Source of the DNA: Candidatus Micrarchaeota archaeon
Lineage (GTDB): Archaea > Micrarchaeota > Micrarchaeia > Micrarchaeales > CABMGC01
Assembly (NCBI GenBank): GCA_027319905.1
Contig: DAHVMJ010000003.1
Location: forward strand, 3,669 to 67,668
Reading direction: 5' to 3'
DNA: 64,000 bases
Made by a program: the position numbers and the translations under genes. Shown here piece after piece: positions 1 through 9,341 of this stretch. Below the pieces are notes generated by a model, which worked only from the letters and a program-made list of their open reading frames with translations, had not been told where the DNA came from and did not search any database. Numbering within the stretch: the stretch's first letter is position 1; each line of letters begins with the position of its first letter.

Positions 1-47
1 TTGAACTGCTTCTTTGTCTCCTTCTTCGCTCCCTTGTCCTCTGCCAT
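1..47 (-). CDS. Partial CDS, first 15 codons only (continues past the window start); possibly ribosomal protein S27ae
   Basis: ATG at 45-47 (complement), 13 nt after the S24e stop, reads MAEDKGAKKETKKQF. The Lys-rich start and the position after rps24e fit the common archaeal rps24e-rps27ae pair. Too short to confirm. Confidence 0.3.
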   Translation of the reverse strand, partial: MAEDKGAKKETKKQF

Positions 48-60
48 GCTAACCCCATTC

Positions 61-423
61 CTACTTCTTCTCTGCCTCTCCCTCCTTCGCCGCTGGTGCC
101 GCCGCGGTTGCGGTCTGCGGCTTCGCCTCCTTCTTGCCCTTCGCCTTCGGCCTCTCAAGCACGTGCTTCTGCGCCATTCTCATGGCCTCGGCGTCGTAGT
201 ACTCGTGCACGAGTACGCTGCCCTTCCTGCTTCCGTACAGCTGCCCCGCCCTCACGATCACCAGGTTATCCTGCTTCAGGTTTAGCTTGTCGGCGAGGCC
301 CTTCTTGATCTCCTCCCTCGAAGGCGTTCCGCCGTCGAACTCGAGCGCCACACGCAGCTCCCTGCGCCTGAGAAGCTTGTTGTCAAAATCGTTCTCTATG
401 TCTGCCTTGGTTATTGCCATCAT
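61..423 (-). CDS. rps24e: 30S ribosomal protein S24e
   Basis: 120 aa. The core NKLLRRRELRVALEFDGGTPSREEIKKGLADKL...VIVRAGQLYGSRKGSVLVHEYYD fits the S24e family pattern. Lys/Ala-rich tail. 4-nt overlap with the upstream aIF5A gene. Confidence 0.8.
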   Translation of the reverse strand: MMAITKADIENDFDNKLLRRRELRVALEFDGGTPSREEIKKGLADKLNLKQDNLVIVRAGQLYGSRKGSVLVHEYYDAEAMRMAQKHVLERPKAKGKKEAKPQTATAAAPAAKEGEAEKK

Positions 424-830
424 CCTCCACCTACAACTCTTGTTATCGCACGCCTTCCCATCGTCTCCAGCACCTCTACCTCTGCTCCTGCCTTTACCGA
501 CCCGCGCAGTTCCTCGGGCACCACGGACTCAAAGATTTCGTAGTTCTCCAGATCCATAAGCTGTGCGGTATTCTCAGTGATCGAGACCACCTGCGCCCTC
601 TTCTTCTTTATCTCGGGCACCTCCACTTCTCCGTGACCGGAAAGCAGAAGGGTCTTCTTCGAGCCGTCGAAGATGCCTATGGCGGTTATTCTGGACTTCG
701 CCGCACCGTGCTTCCCCGGCGCAGAGGTCTCTATGTCGACTATCCTGCAGGGTATCCCGTCGATTATGATGAAGCTTCCCTTGCCTATCTCCTTCGCGGA
801 CTTAAGGTTGTAGTTCGTGTCCTCTGCCAA
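420..830 (-). CDS. eif5a: Translation initiation factor 5A (aIF5A)
   Basis: 136 aa. Contains the hypusine-site loop ETSAPGKHGAAKSRITAIGIFDG followed by a C-terminal OB-fold-like region, typical of archaeal IF5A. Confidence 0.93.
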   Translation of the reverse strand: MAEDTNYNLKSAKEIGKGSFIIIDGIPCRIVDIETSAPGKHGAAKSRITAIGIFDGSKKTLLLSGHGEVEVPEIKKKRAQVVSITENTAQLMDLENYEIFESVVPEELRGSVKAGAEVEVLETMGRRAITRVVGGG

Positions 831-918
831 ATAACCACGATAAAATTCAGATTAGATAAGTCAAGAAGGTTAAAAATACCTTGCGTGCCTCGCACACAAA
901 TAAAACGTGCGTTAGCGC

Positions 919-1860
919 CTATGGAGGCGTATAATATGAGGTCCACTGGCTCGTATAGGTGACACTGTTGGGCACTCCGTTGTTGTTGTTTCCAGAGTAG
1001 TCGTTGGCATTTCCGTTCAGCGGCCACCAACCCACAAGATACTGCAGGTTTACCGGAGCACCGCCTATGCCCTCGTCATAGAGAGCACCGACTTCTGGGC
1101 CCGAGAGTGAGGCATTGTAGAGCTGTAGGTTCGCCATGTCCCCTACGAATGGTCCTCCGCCAGCGCCTTCATCATAAACATAACCTATTCCAAAATCTCC
1201 GTTTCCTCCTGTGTTTATGCCTGTTGCTATCGTGTTTGAGTCATAGACCTGATTATTGAAGCTGATGTACGCATAACCCGTTTGGCTGTTGTAGCTTGCT
1301 GCATAAAACACCCACGAACCTGAGTACTGATCCGGCACTCCGACGCAAGTGCCCGCGGGCCACTGAAAGGCACAAGTGCTGCCAACACCAAGCCCACAGT
1401 TATACCATGATGCGGGCGAGTAGAAGCCGCCGCATGCATTTCCTTGAATACAGATGTATCCAGCTATGCCCTGGTCACGCTGACATCCTTGTAAGAGGTA
1501 AAGCCATGCCGTGAATGTAAAGCTGCCCGTTATGAGATTTGTTATGGACGGAGTTATTACATGGGATTGAACTCCGCCCTGCGAACCGCTTGCTGTATTA
1601 GTAGCGAAAACTCCTACATATTGCGGCAACTCTCCGCTGCACACTCCTTCAAGGTTGATGTACGTGGCTGTTTCAGGCCCATTCGGCCTGAAGACCTGGC
1701 ATGCGCCCGGCGGAGCCCGAGGGGCGAAAGTAGAGGCGTTGAAGACGCCGAGCTGGAATAGGGCTCCGAGAACCACGGCGATGATGAGAATAGCCCATCC
1801 GTAGGTCATCAGGTACTCCATCGCGGACTGTGATTTCTTGTTGCGTATCGAGCACACCAC
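919..1860 (-). CDS. Archaeal type IV pilin-like protein with a LamG/concanavalin-like C-terminal domain
   Basis: GTG start. Class III signal peptide: basic leader RNKKS, then QSAMEYLMTYGWAILIIAVVLGALF (Q-x3-E plus a hydrophobic helix). C-terminal WPLNGNANDYSGNNNNG is typical of LamG-type domains. Paralog of 45667-46530. Confidence 0.75.
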   Translation of the reverse strand: MVCSIRNKKSQSAMEYLMTYGWAILIIAVVLGALFQLGVFNASTFAPRAPPGACQVFRPNGPETATYINLEGVCSGELPQYVGVFATNTASGSQGGVQSHVITPSITNLITGSFTFTAWLYLLQGCQRDQGIAGYICIQGNACGGFYSPASWYNCGLGVGSTCAFQWPAGTCVGVPDQYSGSWVFYAASYNSQTGYAYISFNNQVYDSNTIATGINTGGNGDFGIGYVYDEGAGGGPFVGDMANLQLYNASLSGPEVGALYDEGIGGAPVNLQYLVGWWPLNGNANDYSGNNNNGVPNSVTYTSQWTSYYTPP

Positions 1861-1921
1861 AGATCTTGCACCAGCGCATTGCTAACGCTAAACTAGCAAC
1901 AAAGGCATAAAAGCTCTACGC

Positions 1922-2947
1922 CTACCAGATCTGCTCTATGCTGTCCAGTCTGAGCCTCTCCACGTTCTCCAGCTTGGTCTTTAGTCCGAACTTCGCCTTC
2001 ACACCGGTCACCACGCTCATGACGCGTATCTGGTCCCTGAGCTCCGGTATGAGCCTTGCGCCGAAGATCACGTTCGCGTCTGGCGCGAGCCCTTCAGTGA
2101 CGCCCGCTCCTATCCTCGTCGCCTCCTCTATGGTGAGGTCTGCTCCTCCGGATACATGCACCAGTGCGCCCTTTGCTCCTTCGTAGTCGACGCTGAGCAG
2201 CGGATGCGTCCTTGTGGATCGTATGACCTGCTCTGCGCGGTCCGTACCGGTTCCGGTGCCTATGCTTATCACCGCTGTTCCGGTCCCCTTGACCACGGTC
2301 CTGAGGTCGGCGAAGTCCAGGTTGATCAGGCTTGGCAGCATTATCGTGTCTGCTATGCCCTTGACTGCGTTGCCTGTTATGTTGTCCGATAGCTCAAACG
2401 CCTTCTCCATCGGTAGGTTCGGCACGTAGTCGAGGAGTTTCTGGTTCTCTACCACTATCACCGCATCGGCTTCTTTGCTTAGCTGCTGCACTCCCCACTC
2501 CGCCTTGACCTTCCTGCTCCTCTCAAGGTCGAACGGGAACGTGACCGTCGCTATTACAGTGGCTCCCATCTCCCTTGCCACTCTGGCCACAGTGGGCGAG
2601 GCTCCTGTCCCTGTTCCTCCTCCCATTCCGGCCGCGATAAAGACAAGGTTGTAGCCCTCGAGCACCTTTTCCAGGTCGCCCTTGCTGACGTCAGCACATT
2701 TTGCCGCAACTTCCGGGAATCCTCCAGCCCCGAGGCCGTTGGTTATCTCCCTGCCTATCAGCACCCTCTTGTGCGCCTTAACCACGTTGAGGTGCGCAAG
2801 GTCGGTGTTTATGGCTATCGTGTGCGCGCTCTTTATGCCGTTGCTGAAGAGCCTGTTCACAAGGTTGCTTCCCTGTCCTCCAACTCCCACCACCGCAACG
2901 CGCGGCGTGAATGAATCATAGTCGAATTCGTCTGCCATCCCATTCAC
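1922..2947 (-). CDS. ftsZ: Cell division GTPase FtsZ (paralog)
   Basis: 341 aa. Has VGVGGQGSNLVNRL and the tubulin signature GMGGGTGTGASP. Its start directly abuts the stop of the upstream ftsZ paralog. Confidence 0.93.
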   Translation of the reverse strand: MNGMADEFDYDSFTPRVAVVGVGGQGSNLVNRLFSNGIKSAHTIAINTDLAHLNVVKAHKRVLIGREITNGLGAGGFPEVAAKCADVSKGDLEKVLEGYNLVFIAAGMGGGTGTGASPTVARVAREMGATVIATVTFPFDLERSRKVKAEWGVQQLSKEADAVIVVENQKLLDYVPNLPMEKAFELSDNITGNAVKGIADTIMLPSLINLDFADLRTVVKGTGTAVISIGTGTGTDRAEQVIRSTRTHPLLSVDYEGAKGALVHVSGGADLTIEEATRIGAGVTEGLAPDANVIFGARLIPELRDQIRVMSVVTGVKAKFGLKTKLENVERLRLDSIEQIW

Positions 2948-4003
2948 CTATATCGCGTCAAGGCCCGCGTAGTTTGTTTCCTTCTTCTCCGCGAACTTGC
3001 CGAGTATGCTCTCTCCCTTGACACCTGTGACGATTGCTACGATCTCGAGCTGGCCCTCATAGCCCGGCACGATCCTGGCGCCCCACTTGACAGTTGCCTT
3101 GGGGTCCATGCGCTCGGTGATTATCTCACCCGCCTTTATTGCGTCGCCCAGGGTAAGGTCGCTGGCTCCAGAGATGTGTATCAACGCTCCCTTCGCGTTC
3201 TCGAAGTCCACGTCAAGCAGCTTGTTCTTGAGCACAGACTCGCTCGCGCTCGTGACCTTGTCCGTTCCCTTGCCCGTGCCGACCGATATGAAGCCCACGT
3301 CTCCGCTTCCCATTATCGCGCGCACGTCAGCAAAGTCTATGTTGATCAGGCTCGGCTGCGTGATTGTCCACACAAGCCCTCCGATCGCCTTTGCAAGCAC
3401 GTCGTCTGCCACAGCGAATGCCTCGTTCATGGGCAGGTTTGGCACAAGTCTGACCAATCTGTTGTTGTCGACTATGACCACGCTGTCGCAGTACTTCCTA
3501 AGATTCTGTATGCCCTCCTCGGCCTTGACCTTCCTGACTCGCTCAAGGTCGAACGGGTATGTTACCATCGCCACAACTATGGCTCCGGTCTCCTTCGCTA
3601 TCTGCGCTATCACAGGAGCGGCTCCGGTTCCCGTGCCTCCTCCCATTCCCGCGCACAGGAATACGAGCTGCGAGCCGGAAAGCACCTCTTCGAGCACCTG
3701 CCTGTCAACTTCCGCGGCCTTGATGCCCACGCTCGGGTCTCCGCCCGCTCCCAATCCTTTCGTTATGGTTTTACCTATAAGCACTTTCTTTATACGGTCA
3801 TCCACTATCTTGAAGTGAGTGACATCGGTGTTTACCGCAACCAACTCTGTTCCCTTGACTCCAACCTTCAGGAGTCGGTTGACAGTGTTGTTTCCTGCTC
3901 CGCCTACTCCGATCGTGACTATCTTTATCTGTGGAGTAGCACCCGAACCGCTGGTACCCAAGAATTCTGTTCCAAAGTCGCCCATCTGATCGCCAATTAT
4001 CAT
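2948..4003 (-). CDS. ftsZ: Cell division GTPase FtsZ (paralog)
   Basis: 351 aa. Has IGVGGAGNNTVNRL and GMGGGTGTGAAPVIA. Alternative start at Met7 (3985). Confidence 0.93.
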   Translation of the reverse strand: MIIGDQMGDFGTEFLGTSGSGATPQIKIVTIGVGGAGNNTVNRLLKVGVKGTELVAVNTDVTHFKIVDDRIKKVLIGKTITKGLGAGGDPSVGIKAAEVDRQVLEEVLSGSQLVFLCAGMGGGTGTGAAPVIAQIAKETGAIVVAMVTYPFDLERVRKVKAEEGIQNLRKYCDSVVIVDNNRLVRLVPNLPMNEAFAVADDVLAKAIGGLVWTITQPSLINIDFADVRAIMGSGDVGFISVGTGKGTDKVTSASESVLKNKLLDVDFENAKGALIHISGASDLTLGDAIKAGEIITERMDPKATVKWGARIVPGYEGQLEIVAIVTGVKGESILGKFAEKKETNYAGLDAI

Positions 4004-4148
4004 CTTGCAATTAAGTTTAAATATCTTCTGTAGCCGTCGAGTTTATAAAGATGCTGAAACTTGCGGTATATATGCTGTTATCTGGTATATGGCACATATA
4101 TCTGAGTATATGATTTGGTAGCTGAATCTTGCCAAAAATCAGCGGTTT

Positions 4149-4760
4149 TTAGGCCCTTGCGACCCGTCTTACCGTTTCATCAAATGTTTCAGTTGTGGCC
4201 ACGTTCGTTATGTATGCGCCTCCAACCGCACGCACATAAAGGGAGTTGTGCATCTTGCTGAATAGTACCACGTTTCGGCGCGAACCCCGTCTTATCTCAT
4301 CTTTGGTCTCCCACGGACTGTCATTTACTGGTATCACGCACTTGCCCGGGTTCTTCTTCATCACCTCTAGCGTGTCCTCTGCCTTCTTATCTGAGTCGCA
4401 GTGTCTGGCTTCGACGACCAGTCCGTTCTCCGCCAATAGGTTCTGTATGCGCTGCGAATGGCCGTTTGAGGTGCGCATTACTATCTCTACTCCGTCCTCT
4501 TTATGTCTCTTCAGTGTTTCAATCAGCTCCTTGTCCAGCATCTGGCTCGAGAGCTCAGAGTTCTCCACGTGCTTCTTTCCAGCACCCGTTATGTCTCCGA
4601 ACATGAAGAGTATGTTGGCCGCTACCCTGGCCATCCTCTCGTGCCTTCTCAGGACAGGCTGCAACCGTGCCTCTATCTTCGGCATAACCGTGTTGCCTAC
4701 TGTTCCGTCGAAGTCAACGAGCTCAATCACGTGCTTCATGCCCTGTCTGGCTCTTTCCAT
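4149..4760 (-). CDS. HAD-superfamily-like hydrolase (tentative)
   Basis: 203 aa. N-terminal VIELVDFDGTVGNT resembles HAD motif I (DxDGT). The other HAD motifs could not be verified by eye. Confidence 0.45.
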   Translation of the reverse strand: MERARQGMKHVIELVDFDGTVGNTVMPKIEARLQPVLRRHERMARVAANILFMFGDITGAGKKHVENSELSSQMLDKELIETLKRHKEDGVEIVMRTSNGHSQRIQNLLAENGLVVEARHCDSDKKAEDTLEVMKKNPGKCVIPVNDSPWETKDEIRRGSRRNVVLFSKMHNSLYVRAVGGAYITNVATTETFDETVRRVARA

Positions 4761-4833
4761 GAAGTGGGTTCGGAAACAGCTTTTTAAATCAGTTGGCAGG
4801 GGCTACGGCTATCGTCTATTTTCCTCAAAGGCG

Positions 4834-6615
4834 CTATGCTGCAGTGTCTGCAAGCTTGGTCTTGCGCTGCTGCTTGAACATCTCGAGTATCTCCTTCGTC
4901 GTGGTCGCTTCATCCGGGCTCTTGTCCTCGCGCACGCCGTTGCTGACTATCCTCGGGAAACGGAGTGCATAGCCTACATCCTCGTCGCCCTCCCTGTGCC
5001 TGCCCGCCATGTGCATCGGCGACTTGGTTATCTCGTCAGCCCTGACGGTAACCACGTATCTTGGCTCTATCCAGTAGTCGGGCTCGACGAGCGAGCTCAC
5101 CCTGGTCGGTTTCTTCGCAGTCCTTATCTTCTCGAAGAGCTTCTTGAACGTCTTCATGTTCTCCTCGCTGAAGCCTGTGCCTATCCTGGTTATCGTCTCG
5201 AACATGTCTGTTTTGTCGTTGTACACCGCGGCCAGCATCCCACCGAATCCGAACTCGGTGCGTATGCCCTTGCCTGCATAGTAGCCCACCACAACTAGGT
5301 CGACAGTATCGGAGAGCTCGCCCTTGTAGCTCCTTTTCATCTTTATCCAGCTGAACTTCCTGGCGCCCGCGATATACGGCGCATCGAGGTCCTTCGCTAT
5401 TATTCCCTCCAGCCCGTCAGAGATCATCTCCTCGAAATACTTCTCCAGCTCTCTGGGTTTGGTGGCGATTATCCTGTTGGAAAGCCTGAACATCCCGTCT
5501 CCCTTCACTATCTTCTCAAGTCCAGCGCGCCTGTCGCTGTATTTTTTATTCAGGTAGCTCTCGCCGTCGAGGTATAGCAGGTCGAAGGAGAAGACGCGGA
5601 GCGGCAGCTCCTGGCTCTTCTCCTCTATCCCGTGCTTCCTCTTCCTCTGGATCGTCTCCTGGAACGCGTGGAACTGGTCCGTCGTTTCGTCGTAGGCGAT
5701 CGCTTCGCCCTCGAGTATCACCCTGTCGGCGTTTATCTCCTTGAGCGCAGCGCCGGTTACGTCAGGGAACATCTCGGTCATGCGCTCAAGCCTGCGGGAG
5801 AAGATCTCAACCTTCTTGCTTTTCTTGTCCAGGTGCACCTGGACGCGAAGGCCGTCGTACTTGCTCTCTACAGCGCACCTACCGTGCATCTTCTCTAGTA
5901 TCTCCTCTGCTGTCGGCAGCCTCTCGGCTAGCGCCGGCCTTATCGGGTCGAAGAGCGTGACCCTGAAGTCTTCTATGCCCTTCTTTCCCTCCTTCATAAG
6001 CGTCTCTCCCACAAGCCCGAGATCGCTGCATATGTTGAACGCCTCTTCCAGCCTTGGCTTGAACTCGCGATCTCCCGTGGCCGCTTTCGAGAGCGCCTCG
6101 AGTATCGTGGCGTCTCCGGCGCCGAGCCTAAGCTGGCCAAGCGCAAATCTCACTATGTACCTTGCCTCGAGGGGCGCGCTTGCTGCCAGAAGATTTGCGA
6201 GCATCTTTATCTTCGCTTCCTTGCTTCCCTCGCCGCTTGTCCTCGCTATCTTGAGCATCGTCTCGAACACTTCGTTTATCTCGAACTTCTCCCTGCTCAT
6301 TCTCCTGAGCTTGCTGGCCGAGATAAACTGCTCCGCGCTCAGGCCCAGGTCCCCTGTTTTCTTGAAGCCGGATTCAACCTTCTGTTTTTCCACGCCTGTG
6401 GCCGTTGCGATGGCCTCCTCCGCGAGCTTTTCCGCTATCCCAAGGTCCACGCCTTGGAACGGTGGCGCAGGCGATCCCACGGTCATGTAGATTATGTTCT
6501 TTATCTCGTTCTTCTTCGCCTTTGAGAACAGATCCGTGAGTATGTCGATCATGCCCAATCGCGAGCTTGTCGCCTCCAGCTTGCTGTAGTAACCGGCGAC
6601 TTCCTCGAAAAGCAT
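4834..6615 (-). CDS. lig: ATP-dependent DNA ligase
   Basis: 593 aa. Adenylation motif I ESKYDGLRVQVH (KxDG), then EGIIAK and the FSWIKMKRSY motifs typical of archaeal/eukaryotic ligase I. Confidence 0.95.
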   Translation of the reverse strand: MLFEEVAGYYSKLEATSSRLGMIDILTDLFSKAKKNEIKNIIYMTVGSPAPPFQGVDLGIAEKLAEEAIATATGVEKQKVESGFKKTGDLGLSAEQFISASKLRRMSREKFEINEVFETMLKIARTSGEGSKEAKIKMLANLLAASAPLEARYIVRFALGQLRLGAGDATILEALSKAATGDREFKPRLEEAFNICSDLGLVGETLMKEGKKGIEDFRVTLFDPIRPALAERLPTAEEILEKMHGRCAVESKYDGLRVQVHLDKKSKKVEIFSRRLERMTEMFPDVTGAALKEINADRVILEGEAIAYDETTDQFHAFQETIQRKRKHGIEEKSQELPLRVFSFDLLYLDGESYLNKKYSDRRAGLEKIVKGDGMFRLSNRIIATKPRELEKYFEEMISDGLEGIIAKDLDAPYIAGARKFSWIKMKRSYKGELSDTVDLVVVGYYAGKGIRTEFGFGGMLAAVYNDKTDMFETITRIGTGFSEENMKTFKKLFEKIRTAKKPTRVSSLVEPDYWIEPRYVVTVRADEITKSPMHMAGRHREGDEDVGYALRFPRIVSNGVREDKSPDEATTTKEILEMFKQQRKTKLADTAA

Positions 6616-6733
6616 GAAATCATGTTAGTATCCCGCTTAAAGTTTTAATACCTTGTATGGGCGCGAAGTGCGTATTGCGGCTCAAACAAGAAAAGCGTAA
6701 AAACTTTCCCGTCCATGAGCAATAGGCGATGGC

Positions 6734-7345
6734 GTGGTGTTCGTAGACATACTGACAAGCCAGCTGTTTGTTCTCGGTTTTGCGGGCCTCGTGATATCCT
6801 ACCTTGTGCTGCGCGGCTACATGTCCTCAAGGCGCGGAACTAGAAACTCCAATGACCTAAAGTCCGGAGTTGCCCCCATCGCGCTGTTAGGCCTTTACAT
6901 GTTCATAAGCGGCATCTGGGGCCAGTTCGCGTGGCCGCTGCCAGGCAGCTACAACATACTCTTCTATGACCTGTACACACTGGCCGGTTTGCTTGTCATC
7001 TCGTTCGCGTGGTCGCTGTACAATGATGGTGATCTCAGGAGCACTGGCGTCTTCGGCCTGCTGCTCGGGCTTGTGACAATTTACTACGGCTACGTGGGCT
7101 ACTCGCTCAACATGACACAGTCTCCGATAGCCCTGCTAGGCCTCTACTTCCTTTTCGGAATCGCAGGAGTTCTCGGCTGTCCTCTGACCCTGCTGCTCAA
7201 CAACATGCGCGCTGGAATAAAAAGCAAGGGCGGAGTGTGGCCCGCGCTGGTTGCCGTGTTCCTTATCGTGCTAGTGCTCGGCAGCCTGCTGTCGATATTC
7301 ATAGCGGGTAGCGCCATACCTGTGCATCTTGCGACGCCGCCCTAG
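6734..7345 (+). CDS. Integral membrane protein, function unknown
   Basis: 203 aa with about six hydrophobic helices across its length. No catalytic motif recognised. Confidence 0.5.
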   Translation: MVFVDILTSQLFVLGFAGLVISYLVLRGYMSSRRGTRNSNDLKSGVAPIALLGLYMFISGIWGQFAWPLPGSYNILFYDLYTLAGLLVISFAWSLYNDGDLRSTGVFGLLLGLVTIYYGYVGYSLNMTQSPIALLGLYFLFGIAGVLGCPLTLLLNNMRAGIKSKGGVWPALVAVFLIVLVLGSLLSIFIAGSAIPVHLATPP

Positions 7346-7368
7346 CGGGTCTTGGGAAAAGCAATCGG

Positions 7369-8610
7369 TCAGCTGCTTATCCTAAGCACTTCCTTTACCT
7401 TTCCCAGTGCAGCAACAGCCGTGTCGATTTCAGCATGCGTGTTGTATATGTAGAAGCTCATTCTCGGCACAGCGGGTTCGTTCAGGATCTTAGTGACCAG
7501 CGGCATCGCGCAGTGATGGCCAGATCTTATCGCAACGCCTTCGCTGTCGAGGATCTGTGCTATGTCGTGGGCATGCGCATCCTTCATCGAGAACGCTATC
7601 ACGCCCGCCCTCCTGTCAATTTCCGTTTTGTCCGGTCCGTAAACTGTAACTCCGGCCTCGCCCAGTTTGTCAAGCGCATAGCTTGTGAGCGTCTTCTCAT
7701 GCTCGCGCACGTTCTCCATGCCAAGCTTCTTCAGGTATTTCACCGCGGCCATAAGGCCGATCGCGCCCTCTATGTTCTGCGTTCCGGCTTCGAACTTCCA
7801 TGGCAGCTCGTTCCATGTCGACTCCTGAAAGTCCACGCTGCGTATCATGTCTCCGCCGCCGTGGAACGGTTCCATCGCATCCAGTATCTCCTCCTGACCG
7901 TACAGCACTCCGATGCCGCTGGGCCCAAGCATCTTGTGGCCTGAGAAAGCGTAGAAGTCTGCGCCAATCTCGCTTAGGTTTATGGGCATGTGCGGTACCG
8001 CTTGCGCACCATCAATCAGAACAGTTGCCCCGGCCTCGTGCGCAAGTTTGGTCATCTCTGCCGCGTTGTTTATGGTGCCGAGCACGTTAGAAACATGGGC
8101 GAAGGCCACGATCTTCGGTCTCATCGCGAGCTTTGCCGCAAAATCCTCGCGGCTTATGAACTTGCCATGGGCGAGCTTCGCATAATCGAGTACCGCTCCC
8201 TTTCTCTTCGCCAGCATCTGCCACGGCACGATGTTGCTGTGGTGCTCCATCTCGGTTATGAGTACGCGGTCTCCCTTACCAACGTTGGCGTCGCCCCACG
8301 CCCTCGCAACCGCGTTGATCGCTTCTGTGGTGCTCCTGAAGTATACTACGTTCCTGTAGCTCTCGGCTCCGACGAACCTAGCCACGGTCTCCTTGGACTT
8401 TATGTACTGGGCCGTGGCGTCCTCCGCCAGCTTGTATATGCCCCTGTGTATGTTCGCGTTATTTTTCCTGTAGTGCTTCGACACCGCGTTGATCACCTGC
8501 CGCGGCTTCTGCGAAGTTGCTGCGCTGTCAAGATAGACAAGCGGCTTGCCGTTGGTAACCGTGCTTAGTATCGGAAAGTCCTTCCTTATCTTCTCTACTT
8601 CAAGCGGCAT
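7369..8610 (-). CDS. sufS: Cysteine desulfurase SufS (class V aminotransferase)
   Basis: PLP-lysine region FSGHKMLGPSGIGVLYG and active-site Cys loop RSGHHCAMPL. The track ORF extends to 8685 but that overlaps sufC. Met26 (ATG 8608-8610), giving MPLEVEKIRKDFPIL, removes the overlap and is the preferred start. Confidence 0.92.
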   Translation of the reverse strand: MPLEVEKIRKDFPILSTVTNGKPLVYLDSAATSQKPRQVINAVSKHYRKNNANIHRGIYKLAEDATAQYIKSKETVARFVGAESYRNVVYFRSTTEAINAVARAWGDANVGKGDRVLITEMEHHSNIVPWQMLAKRKGAVLDYAKLAHGKFISREDFAAKLAMRPKIVAFAHVSNVLGTINNAAEMTKLAHEAGATVLIDGAQAVPHMPINLSEIGADFYAFSGHKMLGPSGIGVLYGQEEILDAMEPFHGGGDMIRSVDFQESTWNELPWKFEAGTQNIEGAIGLMAAVKYLKKLGMENVREHEKTLTSYALDKLGEAGVTVYGPDKTEIDRRAGVIAFSMKDAHAHDIAQILDSEGVAIRSGHHCAMPLVTKILNEPAVPRMSFYIYNTHAEIDTAVAALGKVKEVLRISS

Positions 8611-8614
8611 GAGA

Positions 8615-9337
8615 TCAGAACTTGTATCCCTCCTTCTCAATCCTGTCAGCGAGGTCTCTTCCGCCTTCCTTAACGATTTTTCCATCCACCATCACATGTA
8701 CGAAGTCTGGCTTCATATAGTTTAGTATGCGGCTGTAATGCGTGATCAGCAGCAGCCCCGCCTTTGTCCTCTGCTGGTAGTCGTTAACGTTCTGCGCGAC
8801 TACACGCACGGCATCGACGTCCAACCCGGAGTCAGGCTCGTCCAGTATTGCAATCTTGGGTTTGAGCAGCCGCATCTGCAATACCTCTATCTTCTTCTTC
8901 TCGCCTCCGGAGAAGCCGTAGTTGAGCGAGCGGCCGATTATGTCCTCCTTCACGTGTAGGTCCTTCGCAGTCTCCTTCACTTCCTCCATGAACTCTTTGA
9001 AGGGCAGGTTGCCCTGGAGCGACGCCTTGGCCGTGTTCAGGAAGTTGAGCAGACCGAGACCCTCGACCTCTATCGGGCTCTGAAAGAGCAGGAACAGGCC
9101 AAGCTTCGCGCGCTTGTCTGTTGGCATCTTGAGTATGCTTTCTCCGTCAATGAGTATGTCGCCTTTCGTCACTTTCATCTTCGTGTGGCCCAATATGGTT
9201 CGCGAAAGAGTTGTCTTGCCCGAGCCATTCGGTCCCATCAGCACGTGGAACTCACCCTCGTTAATCGTGAGACTTATGCCCCTTATTACCTCTTTGTCCT
9301 CAACTTCTACGTAAAGATCCTTTATCTCTAGCTTCAT
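8615..9337 (-). CDS. sufC: Fe-S cluster assembly ATPase SufC
   Basis: 240 aa. Walker A GPNGSGKTTL, ABC signature FSGGEKKK, Walker B ILDEPDSGLD. Confidence 0.95.
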   Translation of the reverse strand: MKLEIKDLYVEVEDKEVIRGISLTINEGEFHVLMGPNGSGKTTLSRTILGHTKMKVTKGDILIDGESILKMPTDKRAKLGLFLLFQSPIEVEGLGLLNFLNTAKASLQGNLPFKEFMEEVKETAKDLHVKEDIIGRSLNYGFSGGEKKKIEVLQMRLLKPKIAILDEPDSGLDVDAVRVVAQNVNDYQQRTKAGLLLITHYSRILNYMKPDFVHVMVDGKIVKEGGRDLADRIEKEGYKF

Positions 9338-9341
9338 TGTT

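Noticed and set aside
3087-4033. 243-aa and 285-aa plus-strand ORFs overlapping ftsZ
   Set aside because: Both are antisense to an unambiguous FtsZ (GGGTGTG signature). They are shadow ORFs.
4246-5298. 350-aa plus-strand ORF spanning the HAD-like gene, the intergenic gap and the 3' end of DNA ligase
   Set aside because: It crosses two independent minus-strand genes, one of which is a certain DNA ligase. Its composition is Ser/Leu/Cys-rich with no motif.
7369-8685. Long form of sufS with 25 extra N-terminal codons
   Set aside because: The extension overlaps the 3' end of sufC by 71 nt. Met26 gives the conserved SufS N-terminus (EKIRKDFPIL) with a 4-nt gap instead.
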